Positions 1 through 12,980 are shown, counted from the first letter of the stretch. The stretch: DNA of 61,624 nt from an uncultured Acidobacterium sp. (GCA_964350785.1 CAYGMD010000003.1:1-61624); one strand, 5' to 3'. The notes: generated from the sequence alone by a model not told the origin. Numbers and translations: made by a program.

Positions 1-1
1 C

Positions 2-1483
2 GCCGTTGGCGTCCATCCGGAAGATCTTCTCGTTGCCGCTGACCCGGACCAGGTAGACCAGCGAGCGGCCGTCGGGCGCCCAGGTCGGCGCGTAGTTCGA
101 GAACGGGTCTTTCGTCAGGTTGACGATTTCCTTGGTCTCGAGATTGACGGTGAAGATGTCGGCCTGGCTGTCGCGCATGCCCGAGAACGCGATCAGCCTG
201 CCGTCGGGCGAGAAGTCGGGCGACTCGGGCGCGTCGACCGTGGTCAGCGGGATGCGGACTTCAATCTTCTTCGAGACCACGTTCTGCACGATCAGCGAAC
301 GGTCCTTCTCGGTGCGCACGAAATACGCGATGCGATCGCCGGTCGGCGACCACGACATCCACGGCACCGAGTTCCAGCGGCCGCCCGGCGTGGCCAGGTA
401 CTCGAAGCCCATGCTCTGGTCGAAGCCGCTCGTCAGGTTGCGGATGACCGAGCCGTCCTTGGCCGAGATCAGCACGATGTCGTATTCCCGGTCGCGGCCG
501 TTGCCGGTCATGCCGGCAATCAGGTCGCCCGAGGGCGACGGTTCGATCGACAGCACGTTCGAGTAGTGACCCTTGCGCGGATCCGGCGCCAGGTCACGGC
601 CGTAATCGGCCGGCCGCTCCTTGTCGCGGAACGGCTTGAAGCGCTCCTTCAGGTAGCGATCGAACTGCTGGTCCCACTCCTCGGGCGTCATCTGGAACGC
701 CTCCTGGTAGGCATCGTCGCTGCCGCCGATCACCGAGCGGCGCAGGGCGAAGACGTAGGCCCGCACGCCTTCCTTGCCCCACTTCGACTCCATGAACTCG
801 AAGGCGGCGTGACCCAGGTTGTAGATCAGGCGCGGGTTGCTGAAGCCGCCGTAGTCCTCCATCTCGCTCATCTTCGGCACGATGTCCGAGACCGCGGCGT
901 CGCGCACGGTCATGATGTCGAGCGGGCGCCAGTAGCCGGTCATGTAGTCCGACATGCCCTCCATGGTCCAGAGCGGCATGTTGCGGCGGATCAAACCGGT
1001 CGGGATGATGTCGAACTGGAACTGGTGGGTGAGCTCGTGGACGATCAGCCGGTAGAGCAGGTCGGGCGGCTCGTCGATCGGCATCACCATGCGGTAGCGG
1101 CCGGGCTCGGCGAAGGCGCCGACGCCTTCCTGGGCGGCGCCCGGGATCACGTTCTGCTGCCAGAACTCGCTGGCCGTCGAGAACAGGATGAGCGGCAGCT
1201 TCATGGAGAGGTCGTGCTTCAGCTCCGAGCTGACATGCTGGTAGGCGCTTTCGGCATAGCCGGCCACGCGTTCCAGGTGCGGTTCAATCTCGGGGTAGTA
1301 GTAGATCTCGAAGTGCTCGGTCTGGTAGGTATGCCACTCGAAGGTGTCGTAGCGGATCTGGTTCTTCCCGAAGTACGGGATATAGCCGGTTTGCGCGCTG
1401 ACATCACGGGGGCACCCGAGCGCAAGTACCATGAGAGTCGCATGCATCACGAGCGCGCGCGACAGGCTTTTCCTAATGGACAT
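2..1483 (-). CDS. Secreted gluzincin/peptidase MA-like + PD40 (TolB-like propeller) protein; 3' end runs off the window
   Basis: Manual translation from ATG 1483 (GAGG RBS): MSIRKSLSRALVMHATLMVLALG signal, HELTH..EGMSDY motif, WSPTGD/FSPDG/WAPDG repeats. Not in the ORF track because it has no stop inside the window. Confidence 0.8.
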   Translation of the reverse strand, partial: MSIRKSLSRALVMHATLMVLALGCPRDVSAQTGYIPYFGKNQIRYDTFEWHTYQTEHFEIYYYPEIEPHLERVAGYAESAYQHVSSELKHDLSMKLPLILFSTASEFWQQNVIPGAAQEGVGAFAEPGRYRMVMPIDEPPDLLYRLIVHELTHQFQFDIIPTGLIRRNMPLWTMEGMSDYMTGYWRPLDIMTVRDAAVSDIVPKMSEMEDYGGFSNPRLIYNLGHAAFEFMESKWGKEGVRAYVFALRRSVIGGSDDAYQEAFQMTPEEWDQQFDRYLKERFKPFRDKERPADYGRDLAPDPRKGHYSNVLSIEPSPSGDLIAGMTGNGRDREYDIVLISAKDGSVIRNLTSGFDQSMGFEYLATPGGRWNSVPWMSWSPTGDRIAYFVRTEKDRSLIVQNVVSKKIEVRIPLTTVDAPESPDFSPDGRLIAFSGMRDSQADIFTVNLETKEIVNLTKDPFSNYAPTWAPDGRSLVYLVRVSGNEKIFRMDANG

Positions 1484-1569
1484 GACAACCTCGCCGACCA
1501 AGTCGGCGACGCGGCTGGCACGCGTCGCTGAGGACCAGTCCAGCGAGCGACCCGAACGTTACAGCTGGA

Positions 1570-2629
1570 TTACCACTGTGTGGTCCAACTCACAGCACAC
1601 CCTCGGACCGAGGGTCGCCACGATCGGTCAGGAGTCGGGCATCCGCGCGTAGCACTCAGTAGGGGCACCGACGATTTCAGCCCACCTTCGGTCAGTCGCA
1701 GCACGGCGTGCATGGTCCCGGACGCGAGGCCGAGTACCGCGGGCAGCAGCCCGACGATGGCGCCGGGGAGGACCAGGAGCGAACTGGTCAAGCCAATGGC
1801 CGCTTGCAGACGGGGGGCCACAAACCATTGAATGGCGAGCGCGGTGAGGCTGAGACCGATGTAGAAATTGGCGAACAACGCGGTCCGATCGGCGGCCCCA
1901 CCGGCGTACGACGACGCGGCGCGATAGAACTGGAACTCAATCAGCACGCCGCAGATGGCCGCAAGGGCCGCGATCGCCAGCAGGAGCCGCAGGTAAGCGC
2001 TGTCGGATGGCGGTGGTGAAGGCCGTCGACGCGACAATCGGGCCGGTGAGTTCCACCGCATGGACAACGGGAAACCGCCGATGCGTGAACACGATGGCCA
2101 GCATGGCCGCGGCCAGGGTGACCGAACCGATCAACAGCAGACCGCGCGGCGTCAGCCAGGGCGCCAGGCCGCGGGCGAGGCTCGCGCCGAGAAGGCCGCC
2201 CAGGATTGAGGCCGCGCCGACGCGGCTGAACGCCCGGGCCAGGTCCGGTGAATCGCGCCCGATGATCTCGCCCGCCAGCAGCCAGGCCAGCGAAAACAGG
2301 CCGCCGAAGACGACCGGGACGAGCATGAAGAAGAGCGTCATCGCCGGACTGCCGCCGGGCGTGCCAACGATCCCGACTCCCGCCAGCACCAGTGACATCG
2401 CACCGGTGGCCACCAGCCGCGCCCGCCGCGCCCCAAGCGACCGCACCAGCCACAGCAGCACCGCCGCCATCGGCAGCGCGAGCAAGGCCACGCCCATGTA
2501 GGCGAGCGGCAGCGACTGGATGCCGCCGTCTTGGAAGTAGAGCGCATCGCGGCCAGTGCGCGCGAGCATGAACGCCGCCGTCATCAGCAGCATGACGGCG
2601 CTGACGTGAGAGATGCGGCGAGTGGACAC
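1570..2629 (-). pseudogene. NTT/TLC-like (ADP/ATP translocase-type MFS) membrane transporter, frameshifted and truncated
   Basis: Hydrophobic helices with RTGRDALYF in ORF 1937..2737 continue in ORF 1570..2067 (LIEFQFY...LRLTEGGLKSSV) after a frame change near 1995; C-terminus missing. Confidence 0.6.
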
Positions 2630-2682
2630 GGCCGGCAACCGAGTCGATATGTTACCTCTCCCCAAGCGCGGCCGTGGACTTC

Positions 2683-2709
2683 TGTAACGACTCGGCCATT
2701 CCGGTAGAC
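2683..2709 (+). promoter_or_regulatory. ECF-type promoter TGTAAC-N15-GTAGAC
   Basis: Same bipartite motif as six other promoters in the window; upstream of the thioredoxin-like gene. Confidence 0.55.
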
Positions 2710-2770
2710 CTACCCAAGGTAAGGCAATTGCCCCCAATCAGAGAGCCTCGTGATGCCATCGAAGAACACC

Positions 2771-3172
2771 ATGCCGACCGTTACCGCCGACACGCACGTG
2801 ATCGAGTACTTCTACGCTCAGGACTGTGCCACCTGCAGGGAGGCCCTGGAGGTCCTCAGGCGGTTCCAGTCGGCGCACCAGGAGGTCTACGTCCTCGAGC
2901 ATGACGTGGCGATCTACGTGGGACTGGCCAATCGATATCGACTGGCGTCCACACCGGCCACGGTGATCAATGGACGAAGGCTCATCTACGGGATCCCCAC
3001 CCTGGAGGCTCTCACCGCCGTCAGTCAGGCAGCCCGGCGCCCAGCCAACGCCGCAACGACTGGCGCCCGGTCTCGGGCGTGGGCCCGGATTCTGGCGTGG
3101 GCGCGGCCCCCGTTGCAGCGCACCTCGAATCGCCTGTCCGGTGACGCGACAATGCGTGGGCTGGTGCGCTGA
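2771..3172 (+). CDS. Thioredoxin/glutaredoxin-like CxxC protein
   Basis: YAQDCATC motif and STPATVING cis-Pro loop; the C-terminal tail looks non-homologous. Confidence 0.75.
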   Translation: MPTVTADTHVIEYFYAQDCATCREALEVLRRFQSAHQEVYVLEHDVAIYVGLANRYRLASTPATVINGRRLIYGIPTLEALTAVSQAARRPANAATTGARSRAWARILAWARPPLQRTSNRLSGDATMRGLVR

Positions 3173-3189
3173 TGCCGCCAGTGGCACGT

Positions 3190-3277
3190 TGCTTGAAAAT
3201 GAGAATCGGCTGGCCTGCAACCGTGGCCGAGGCGGCACCGCCGAGCCCGTTGGTCGCGAGCCACTCGCGGGTCCCCG

Positions 3278-3281
<4 letters not shown>
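3190..3281 (-). pseudogene. N-terminal remnant of amylo-alpha-1,6-glucosidase (glycogen debranching enzyme)
   Basis: [23 protein letters not shown] matches the GDE N-terminal REWLxTNGLGGxAS motif; ATGA overlap with the GH63 stop; homology stops after about 25 codons. Confidence 0.7.
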
Positions 3282-5959
<2,678 letters not shown>

Positions 5960-6003
5960 AGATCGACGTTATCGCATCGGCCACGCGGTGGGATCGGGGG
6001 GCG

Positions 6004-6019
6004 TGTGAGTCACCTCACT
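6004..6019. promoter_or_regulatory. CRP/FNR-type box TGTGA-gtcacc-TCACT
   Basis: One mismatch to the CRP consensus; upstream of the GH63 start, which has TAACGT 6 nt before its GTG. Confidence 0.55.
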
Positions 6020-6599
6020 TCAACGGCAGATGAGGTGCGGGGGCGTCGCGCGGATGCGGGGGCATCCCGTCTTCGAGGTCCACGCCGAGCCCGTCGGCCA
6101 CACGGTTGATGTAGTTGAAATAGCTGACGATCTGCACCGCATCCGAGACGGCGCGGTCATCAAAACCCTCAGCTCGAAGCGCCACGACATCGTCCTGGAT
6201 CATGGCTGCCGGCTCGGCGGTCAGCTTGACGGCGAAGGCGAGCAGCGCGCGGTCGGCGGGCCCCAGCGGTGCCTTCGTCCAGTCCGTTTTCACCTGCTCC
6301 ACCAGCTCCGGGTCGTCGACCTCGGCACGGAGGTCGTCGGCATGCGCCTCGGTTCAATAGTGGCAGCCGTTGGTCCGCGAGACGACCACGGCCAGCATCT
6401 CTCGCTGCGCCCTGGTGAGGGGCGACCGCCCGCGCATCAGGGCGGCGTAGAGCGCCGTCGAGTGCTTCATCGCCGGCGGGTTGAGGCTCTTGATTCGAAT
6501 GATCTGCCACACCTTGCCCGCGCGGGCCAGCGCGGCGTCGTACTCGGCTCGCAACAACCCGGTGGCTTCGGCCACCGGCTTCAGATCGATCCAGGCCAT
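6015..6599 (-). CDS. AhpD/CMD-family selenoprotein (CxxU), Sec at UGA 6354-6356
   Basis: ORFs 6354..6599 and 6015..6302 are in frame: NGCHY-TGA-TEAHADD. The UGA sits at the second Cys of the AhpD CxxC; downstream hairpin present. Confidence 0.88.
6317..6336 (-). other. Putative bacterial SECIS hairpin
   Basis: CGACCUC-CGUGCC-GAGGUCG, 7-bp stem; loop starts 24 nt after the UGA. Confidence 0.7.
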
Positions 6600-6788
6600 C
6601 TCGCTTCTCCTTCCTTAGCATGACACCGATGCTGAATCCTCATCGGCTCTTGGTGGGTGTCCTGCTCGCCGCGGAGCCATGTGGCGTGTGGGCCTGGTCG
6701 CGCGGCCCGCTGCGGTGACGATCACCGCCGAGGCTGGGCCGTTTCTTGACCAGGCCGTTGTGTCGCGCTGATATCGCGACGGATACGC

Positions 6789-6804
6789 TGTGAGCGGGCT
6801 CACA
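6789..6804. promoter_or_regulatory. Perfect CRP-type box TGTGA-gcgggc-TCACA
   Basis: In the divergent intergenic region between the AhpD selenoprotein and the TVP38 gene. Confidence 0.7.
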
Positions 6805-6979
6805 GATCCACGCCCCCGGCACACGGTCTCCGCCGCTGGCCAACAAGCGTGTGCCATGCTGGCGCCATGCCTGACGTAACACTGGCGTGCGATACACCGA
6901 TCGCTTCGGCACGAGCTGCCGCGTCCCGCATGGAACCAGCAGCGGAGTTCACCGCCGATGGTCAGGTGACCGGTCGGTG

Positions 6980-7681
6980 ATGGTGACCGGAACACTCAAG
7001 GCCGGGATGATCGCGGCTGGCGTTGCCGCGGCGGCCTTCCTCGTCTGGCAGCTGCCCGTCGCGCCCTGGATTGTTGCCTTGGCCGACCGGCTGCGGGAAA
7101 TGGGCTGGCTTGGCATCGCGCTATTCATCGCGATCTATGTCGTGGCCGAGGTGGCCCTTCTGCCGGGCTCGCTCTTCACGCTGGCGGCCGGATTCGCTTA
7201 CGGCCCCGTAGGTGGCCTGCTCGTGGCGTCGCCGGCCAGCGTCCTGGCCGCCACGGTGGCCTTCCTGCTGGGTCGCACGGTGCTGCGGGACTGGATCCGC
7301 GCACGGATTCATCGCTACCCGAAGGCCCAGGCGCTCGATACAGCGATCGGCACCAACAGCTTCAAGTTGATCCTGCTGCTCCGCCTGTCGCCCGTCATTC
7401 CGTTCAACATCCTGAACTACGCCCTCGGCCTGTCGGACGCCAAGGTCGGGCGCTATGTCGTGGCCTCGTTTGTCGGCATGCTGCCAGGCACCTGGTTGTA
7501 CGTGTATCTCGGATCGCTCGCCACGACGGCCGCCCAGCTCACTGAAGCCGGCCAGACCGGCTCACCGCAGACACTGATCCTGACGGGCGTGGGTCTGGTG
7601 TCCACCGTGCTCGTCGTCGTGCTCGTGACTCGCGCGGCGCAGCGGGCGCTGGACGAACAACTGGCCGCGACCAGACGCTGA
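6980..7681 (+). CDS. TVP38/TMEM64 (VTT/SNARE-assoc, DedA superfamily) membrane protein
   Basis: LPGSLFTLAAGFAYG, LLRLSPVIPFNILNY motifs; start could also be 7007. Confidence 0.9.
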   Translation: MVTGTLKAGMIAAGVAAAAFLVWQLPVAPWIVALADRLREMGWLGIALFIAIYVVAEVALLPGSLFTLAAGFAYGPVGGLLVASPASVLAATVAFLLGRTVLRDWIRARIHRYPKAQALDTAIGTNSFKLILLLRLSPVIPFNILNYALGLSDAKVGRYVVASFVGMLPGTWLYVYLGSLATTAAQLTEAGQTGSPQTLILTGVGLVSTVLVVVLVTRAAQRALDEQLAATRR

Positions 7682-7686
7682 ATGCC

Positions 7687-9210
7687 TTACCGCGTCCATC
7701 GAAAATACCGCTCGAACCACCGCTTCACCGACGGCGTCAGCAATCCTCTCCGGTAGGCGTCGCCGGCCTTCTTCAGCGCCTCGGCCTGCGTCGGGTACGG
7801 ATGGATCGTCGCCGCCAGATCACCCAGCGAGCCACCGTGCGTCACGACATACGAGGCCTCCCCAATCAGGTCTCCCGCATGCGCCGCGACGATGGTGCAA
7901 CCGAGAAGCCGTCCGCCCACGTGATGCAAGCGCACAAACCCCTCCGCCTCTTCGTCGAGCACCGCGCGATCGACCTCGGCCAGTTCAATCGTGATCGTCT
8001 TGACGTCATGGCCCTTCTGGCGGGCCTCGGCTTCATACATCCCGACGTGCGCGATTTCCGGATCGGTATACGTACACCACGGCACGACCAGCGCGCTCGC
8101 CCGCTTGCGCCCGTAGAACAGCGCATTCTGAATGACGATGCGCGCCATGGCGTCGGCGGCGTGAGTGAACTTGTACTTGGAACACACATCGCCGGCGGCG
8201 TAGATGCGCCGGTTCGAGGTCTGCATGCGGTCGTTCACCACGACGCCGGCCTTGGTGACGGCCACGCCGGCCGCGTCGAGGCCGAGTCCTTCGATGTTCG
8301 GCGCGCGGCCCGCCGCCACGAGTATCTGGTCACCACCCGCCGCTCCCGACCCGGCGCCGTCGCGGCGCTCGTACCGGATCCGCACACCGGCCGCATCGCT
8401 CGTGGCCTCGACCAGCTGGACACCGAGCTCCAGCCGCACGCCGTCCTCGAGGAGTTGGCGCTGCACGATCGCCGCCGCATCGGCGTCCTCGTTGGGAAGC
8501 ACGTGCGGTGGGCGACCGAGCAGCGTGACCTCGCTGCCGAATCGCGCGAAGGCCTGCGCCAGCTCGCAGCCAATGGGTCCCGCGCCGACCACGATGAGCC
8601 GCGGCGGCAGTTCGGTGAGCCAGAACACGGTCTCGTTAGTGAGGAACGGAATGCCGTCGAGGCCGGGTACCGGCGGGGCGATCGGGCGGCCGCCGGTGGC
8701 GACGACCGCACGGTTGAACTTCAACGTGCGGCCGGCCACTTCGAGGGTGCGCGCGCTCGTGAACGCGCCGCTGCCCAGGAAGACGTCCACCCCGGCGCGC
8801 TGCAAGCGCTGCACCGAGTCGTTGACGCTGATACCGGCGCGGCGCTCACGCATTCGGCGCATGATGGCGGGGAAGTCGGCCTCGACCGGCCCAATGCGGA
8901 CGCCGATCCTGGAAGCCCGGCGCGCCTCGGCGATGGCGCGCGCCGACCGGATGAGCGCTTTCGACGGCACACAACCGACGTTGAGGCAGTCACCGCCAAG
9001 CAAGCCCCGCTCGACAAGCGCCACGCACGCGCCGAGGCCGGCGGCGCCGACGGCACTGACCAGGCCAGCAGTTCCGCCGCCGACGACGACGAGGTCGTAG
9101 ACATCTCGCGGCTCAGGATTCTCCCAATCCGATGGATGAACCGCCTGGAGCAGCGCCTGGTTGGCCGCGTCGAGCGGCCGCACCAGTGGATGGGGCGTGG
9201 TCGTCGTCAT
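7687..9210 (-). CDS. Mercuric-reductase-like pyridine nucleotide-disulfide oxidoreductase
   Basis: GGGTAG, GGDCLNVGCVPSK, GAGPIGCE, IHPYPT; no HMA domain and no C-terminal Cys-Cys. Confidence 0.88.
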   Translation of the reverse strand: MTTTTPHPLVRPLDAANQALLQAVHPSDWENPEPRDVYDLVVVGGGTAGLVSAVGAAGLGACVALVERGLLGGDCLNVGCVPSKALIRSARAIAEARRASRIGVRIGPVEADFPAIMRRMRERRAGISVNDSVQRLQRAGVDVFLGSGAFTSARTLEVAGRTLKFNRAVVATGGRPIAPPVPGLDGIPFLTNETVFWLTELPPRLIVVGAGPIGCELAQAFARFGSEVTLLGRPPHVLPNEDADAAAIVQRQLLEDGVRLELGVQLVEATSDAAGVRIRYERRDGAGSGAAGGDQILVAAGRAPNIEGLGLDAAGVAVTKAGVVVNDRMQTSNRRIYAAGDVCSKYKFTHAADAMARIVIQNALFYGRKRASALVVPWCTYTDPEIAHVGMYEAEARQKGHDVKTITIELAEVDRAVLDEEAEGFVRLHHVGGRLLGCTIVAAHAGDLIGEASYVVTHGGSLGDLAATIHPYPTQAEALKKAGDAYRRGLLTPSVKRWFERYFRWTR

Positions 9211-9284
9211 GCGTTCCTCAGACCATGTACGCGGTGGTGTCTTGAGGCTTCGCGGTGAAGTGCAGCCCCTGTGCCCGGACGACG

Positions 9285-9457
9285 GGCACCTTCTTCGGAT
9301 CACACCCGCGCAGCGCGCACGTGCCGCCGAACGGCTGCTTGCCGATCATCGCGACGGTCCACCCCGCGCCGCGGCACCGCGACGCGACGCTGCCGGCCGC
9401 GGATCCGGAACCAATCACGATCAGGTCGACGGCGCGAGGCGTCATCACTTGAGGCAT
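9285..9457 (-). pseudogene. N-terminal remnant of a glutathione-reductase-like flavoprotein
   Basis: VDLIVIGSGSAAG...FGGTCALRGCDPKK then loss of homology. Confidence 0.7.
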
Positions 9458-9520
9458 GGAAAGAGCATAGCCCGCAGCGGCCCTCGCGCCGCGACGCGCG
9501 TGCGGGTAACCGTCGCGAAC

Positions 9521-9536
9521 AGTGAGGCGCGTCACA
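9521..9536. promoter_or_regulatory. CRP-type box AGTGA-ggcgcg-TCACA (class II position)
   Basis: Centre 9528.5 is 41.5 nt before ATG 9570; -10-like TATCGT at 9558-9563. Confidence 0.7.
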
Positions 9537-9569
9537 GCAGGGATGGAGTGGCGCCCCTATCGTTGGGCG

Positions 9570-10547
9570 ATGGCCCACGTCGTTGAGTTCTTCTACAGCG
9601 AACACTGTATCGGCTGTCCGGAGGCGCGGCAGGTCGTCAGACAACTGGCGGCGGCGAGGCCGGATATCGCGATCGCCGAGTTCGATATCGCGACGCACAT
9701 CGATGAAGCCGGCCGGCATGGCTTGATTGCCACGCCGGCAGTGGTCATCGATGGCGGCCCGGCGCTCTATGGGATTCCTCGGATTTCGGATCTGGCCGCC
9801 CGGTTGGACGGACCGTCGGCTCGGGCTCGCGCGAGTGGTGAACGGCCGCTTATACTGTCGGGGATGGCGGCCCACACCAAGCTTTGGTACCTGCAGCATT
9901 TCCGTTTGCTGGAGGCCCTCACCGACGTCCAGAAGCGCGCCGTCGAGAAGATGACGCGCATGCTGGAAGTCAAGCGCGGCCAGCGCATTTACCTCCCGGG
10001 CGATCCGAGTGACCAGATCTTCCTGCTCAAGACCGGGGTGGTGAAGATTTCGACAGGCGGCGCCGAACAAGATACCATCCTGGCGTTGCTCTATCCGGGC
10101 GACATCTTTGGTGAGCTCGCCATGCTCGACGAGTCGCCGCGCGATCACATCGCCGAGGTCGTGGAAGACACCGTCCTCTGCGCGCTCAATCGAGACATGC
10201 TGCTGCAGATGATCCAGCAGTCGCCTGCGCTCGGCTACCAGATCACCAAGCTCATGGGACTGCGGTTGCGCCGCCTGCGAACGCGGGTCGAGGAACTGCT
10301 GTTCAAGAGCGCGCATGCCCGCATCGCCCACACCCTGCTTGACCTCGCCGCCGACTACGGCGTCAAAGACGATGATGGGGTGCTGATTCCGATTCGCTTG
10401 AACCAGGGCGACCTGGGCAACCTGGTCGGCCTGGCGCGTGAGACGGTGAACATCGTTCTGCAGGACCTGAAGCAGCGAGGCCTCGTCGAGACCAGCCGCC
10501 AGAACATCCGCCTCAAGAGTCCGGAGCTGCTGCGCGCGGTCGTGTAG
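9570..10547 (+). CDS. Thioredoxin-like (CxxC) domain fused in frame to a CRP/FNR regulator
   Basis: FYSEHCIGC...ATPAVVIDG, then from Met 9864 a cNMP-binding domain (FGELAMLDESPR) and HTH (LVGLARETVN). No stop between the two parts. Confidence 0.8.
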   Translation: MAHVVEFFYSEHCIGCPEARQVVRQLAAARPDIAIAEFDIATHIDEAGRHGLIATPAVVIDGGPALYGIPRISDLAARLDGPSARARASGERPLILSGMAAHTKLWYLQHFRLLEALTDVQKRAVEKMTRMLEVKRGQRIYLPGDPSDQIFLLKTGVVKISTGGAEQDTILALLYPGDIFGELAMLDESPRDHIAEVVEDTVLCALNRDMLLQMIQQSPALGYQITKLMGLRLRRLRTRVEELLFKSAHARIAHTLLDLAADYGVKDDDGVLIPIRLNQGDLGNLVGLARETVNIVLQDLKQRGLVETSRQNIRLKSPELLRAVV

Positions 10548-10554
10548 CGCCATC

Positions 10555-10620
10555 GTGAAACGCATCCTCGCGTTCGACGTCAACGACACGCCGCTCGACG
10601 TCCGGGCCCTCGAGACCTCG
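10555..10620 (+). pseudogene. N-terminal remnant of haloacid dehalogenase type II
   Basis: GTG-KRILAFDVNDTPLDVRALE resembles the HAD-II motif I region; only about 20 codons. Confidence 0.45.
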
Positions 10621-10654
10621 GTGGAAAGACGGCAGGGCGCCAACAGGCGATGAT

Positions 10655-11236
10655 GTGAAGGACCTCACATTCTGTTGCCGCCACGCCGACCTGCTGGCGA
10701 TTCAACAAGCCGCCAAGGGTGCCGCGACGCTGACCGGTAATCTGCTGGGCGTCGCGCGCCGGTACAGCGCCGGTGCAACCTACGCCAGCGTGACCGACGT
10801 GCTCAGCGCACCGTTGGACAACCTCGCGCGCGAGTTCGCCAGGCACCACATCACCGTCGAAACCGACTTCAAACCGGCGCCGGCGCCGAACGTCGACCTC
10901 AACTTGCTCTCCCAGGTGTGCCTGAATCTCTATCTCAACGCGCGGGACGCCATGATTCCGAAGGGCGGCGGCACGCTTCGCGTGTCGCTGCGTGGCACGG
11001 CTGACGGCATCGAGTTCACGGTGACCGACACCGGCACGGGCATTCCGGAAGCGTTTCGCTCGCGTATCTTCCAGCCCCTGCAATCCACCAAGGGCGATCG
11101 CGGCACCGGGCTCGGGCTCTCGGTCTCGAAGTCGGTCATTGAATCGATGGGGGGACGCATTCGATACGAGTCGGTCGAGGGCCTGGGCACATCATTCTTT
11201 GTCACGCTGCCGACGGACCCGCCGGGGCGGGCGTAA
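10655..11236 (+). pseudogene. Histidine kinase C-terminal (HATPase_c) fragment
   Basis: N box LNLYLNARDAM, G1 VTDTGTGI, G2 GTGLGLS; no H-box or sensor domain. Confidence 0.7.
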
Positions 11237-11306
11237 GAGCGATGCCACCGGCCAGGCGCGACAGCGTGATCCGATAGGCCTGGAGGCGTTCCACCCACGG
11301 CCCGCA

Positions 11307-11350
11307 GACGAGCCGCCGAGCGGGTCGATGCACAGGATGTACTTGGCCCC
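11307..11350 (-). pseudogene. Tiny remnant of class I fructose-1,6-bisphosphatase
   Basis: KYILCIDPLGGSS resembles the FBPase DPLDGSS motif; lies just after zwf. Confidence 0.4.
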
Positions 11351-11414
11351 TGGCCCGCACGCGATCTGCCGCGGCGCGCCGGGTGCCCGTCCGTCATCGG
11401 CTCCTCCCGGCCGG

Positions 11415-12980
11415 TCACGCGCTCGGGTCCCGCCAGGCACGACTGTCGCGCTCCAGCAGCGCGTCGGCCTGCGTCGGCCCCCAACTGCCCGCCTGATACT
11501 CGCGGACGGGGGCGCCGCCCGCCTGCCACGACGCCAGCATCGGCGCCACCAGTTCCCATCCAGCCTCGACGATATCGGCGCGGTGGAACAGCGTGGCGTC
11601 ACCAATCATGCAGTCGTACAACAGCGTTTCGTAACCGGTGCTCGGCGACTCGCCGAAGTGGTCGGCGTAGCAGAAGTCCATCTTCACGGCGCCCAGTTGC
11701 ACGCGCGGGCCGGGCACCTTGGCCTCGAACTGCAACGAGATGCCCTCGCGTGGCTGGATGCGCAGCACCAGCCAGTTCGGCTGCACGCATTCGGCCGGGG
11801 TGTCGCGGAACAGCGCCAGGGGCGGCTGCTTGAACTGGATCGCGATTTCCGTCACTCGCGACGGCAACCGCTTCCCCGTCCGCAGGTAGAACGGCACCTC
11901 GGCCCAGCGCCAGTTATCAATAAGCACCTTCAACCCGACGTAGGTTTCGGTGTCGGACAGGAGCGCCACCTTGGGCTCCGATCGATACGCCGGGACGGCA
12001 TGGCCGCCGAGCGTTCCCGCGGTGTACTGGCCACGCACCACGTCGCGTGTCACCGCATCCTCGGTGAACGGGCGGACCGCCTGAAGCACTTTGAGCCGCT
12101 CGTTGCGGACCGGCTCGGCCAGGAACGACGCCGGCGGCTCCATCGTGGTGACCGCGAGCAGTTGGAACAAGTGGTTCTGCAGCATGTCGCGCACGGCACC
12201 CGCCGTGTCGTAATAACCGCCGCGCTGCTCGACACCAACCGCTTCGGCGACGCAGATCTGCACGTGATCGACATAGCGCCGGTTCCAGATCGGCTCGAAA
12301 ATGCCGTTACCGAACCGGAGCGCCATGATGTTCTGGACGGTCTCTTTTCCCAGGTAGTGGTCGATGCGATAGATCTGGTGCTCGTGCACGACGCCGAGCA
12401 TTTGGCGGTTGAGGGCGCGCGCCGAGTCGAGGTCCCGCCCGAAGGGCTTTTCGACGATGACACGACGCCAGGCACCGGCGGCTTCATGGGCGAGCCCGGC
12501 GGCACCGAGTTGGTCGACGATCGGCCCGAACAGGTTCGGCGGTGTGGCAAGGTAGAAGACGGCGTTGAGCGAGCCACCCTCACTGCCCGCCAGTCGCCGA
12601 GCGATCTCCCGGTACGTGGCCTGGTCGTCGAAGCCGCCCGACACGTACGCGGCGCGCGCCAGTAACCAGTCGACGTCCCCGGCATCGACCGGCGGCGCCG
12701 CGAACTCAACTAAGTCACGGACAAGCTTTTTGTGATACTCGGGATCGGTCTGCGCGTCGCGTCCGACGCCGATCAGGGTGAACCGGTCGCCCAGCAGGCC
12801 GCTGCCGCGCAGGTTATACAAGGCCGGCACCAGCTTGCGCATGGCCAGATCGCCACTGGCGCCGAAGATGACGACCGCGCAGGGATCGGCCGGCGGCGCC
12901 GGGGCCTGCGTCCGTTCGGCGCACCCGGCCGTGACGCCCGGCTCCCCCGTGGATTTGAGCTTCATCGTCGTTGGCGCCAT
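11415..12980 (-). CDS. zwf: Glucose-6-phosphate 1-dehydrogenase
   Basis: GASGDLA, RIDHYLGKE, RWAEVPFYLRTGK. Confidence 0.95.
   Translation of the reverse strand: MAPTTMKLKSTGEPGVTAGCAERTQAPAPPADPCAVVIFGASGDLAMRKLVPALYNLRGSGLLGDRFTLIGVGRDAQTDPEYHKKLVRDLVEFAAPPVDAGDVDWLLARAAYVSGGFDDQATYREIARRLAGSEGGSLNAVFYLATPPNLFGPIVDQLGAAGLAHEAAGAWRRVIVEKPFGRDLDSARALNRQMLGVVHEHQIYRIDHYLGKETVQNIMALRFGNGIFEPIWNRRYVDHVQICVAEAVGVEQRGGYYDTAGAVRDMLQNHLFQLLAVTTMEPPASFLAEPVRNERLKVLQAVRPFTEDAVTRDVVRGQYTAGTLGGHAVPAYRSEPKVALLSDTETYVGLKVLIDNWRWAEVPFYLRTGKRLPSRVTEIAIQFKQPPLALFRDTPAECVQPNWLVLRIQPREGISLQFEAKVPGPRVQLGAVKMDFCYADHFGESPSTGYETLLYDCMIGDATLFHRADIVEAGWELVAPMLASWQAGGAPVREYQAGSWGPTQADALLERDSRAWRDPSA

Noticed and set aside
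6875-6900. CGTAAC at 6.88 kb (also GGTAAC 30365, CGTAAC 21504, TGTAAC 46623) as ECF promoters
   Set aside because: No GAC/TAC element at the 14-15 nt spacing except a weak GCCTAC at 30365; excluded from the regulon.
7687-9210. True mercury resistance gene merA
   Set aside because: No C-terminal Cys-Cys, no HMA domain, no merR/T/P.
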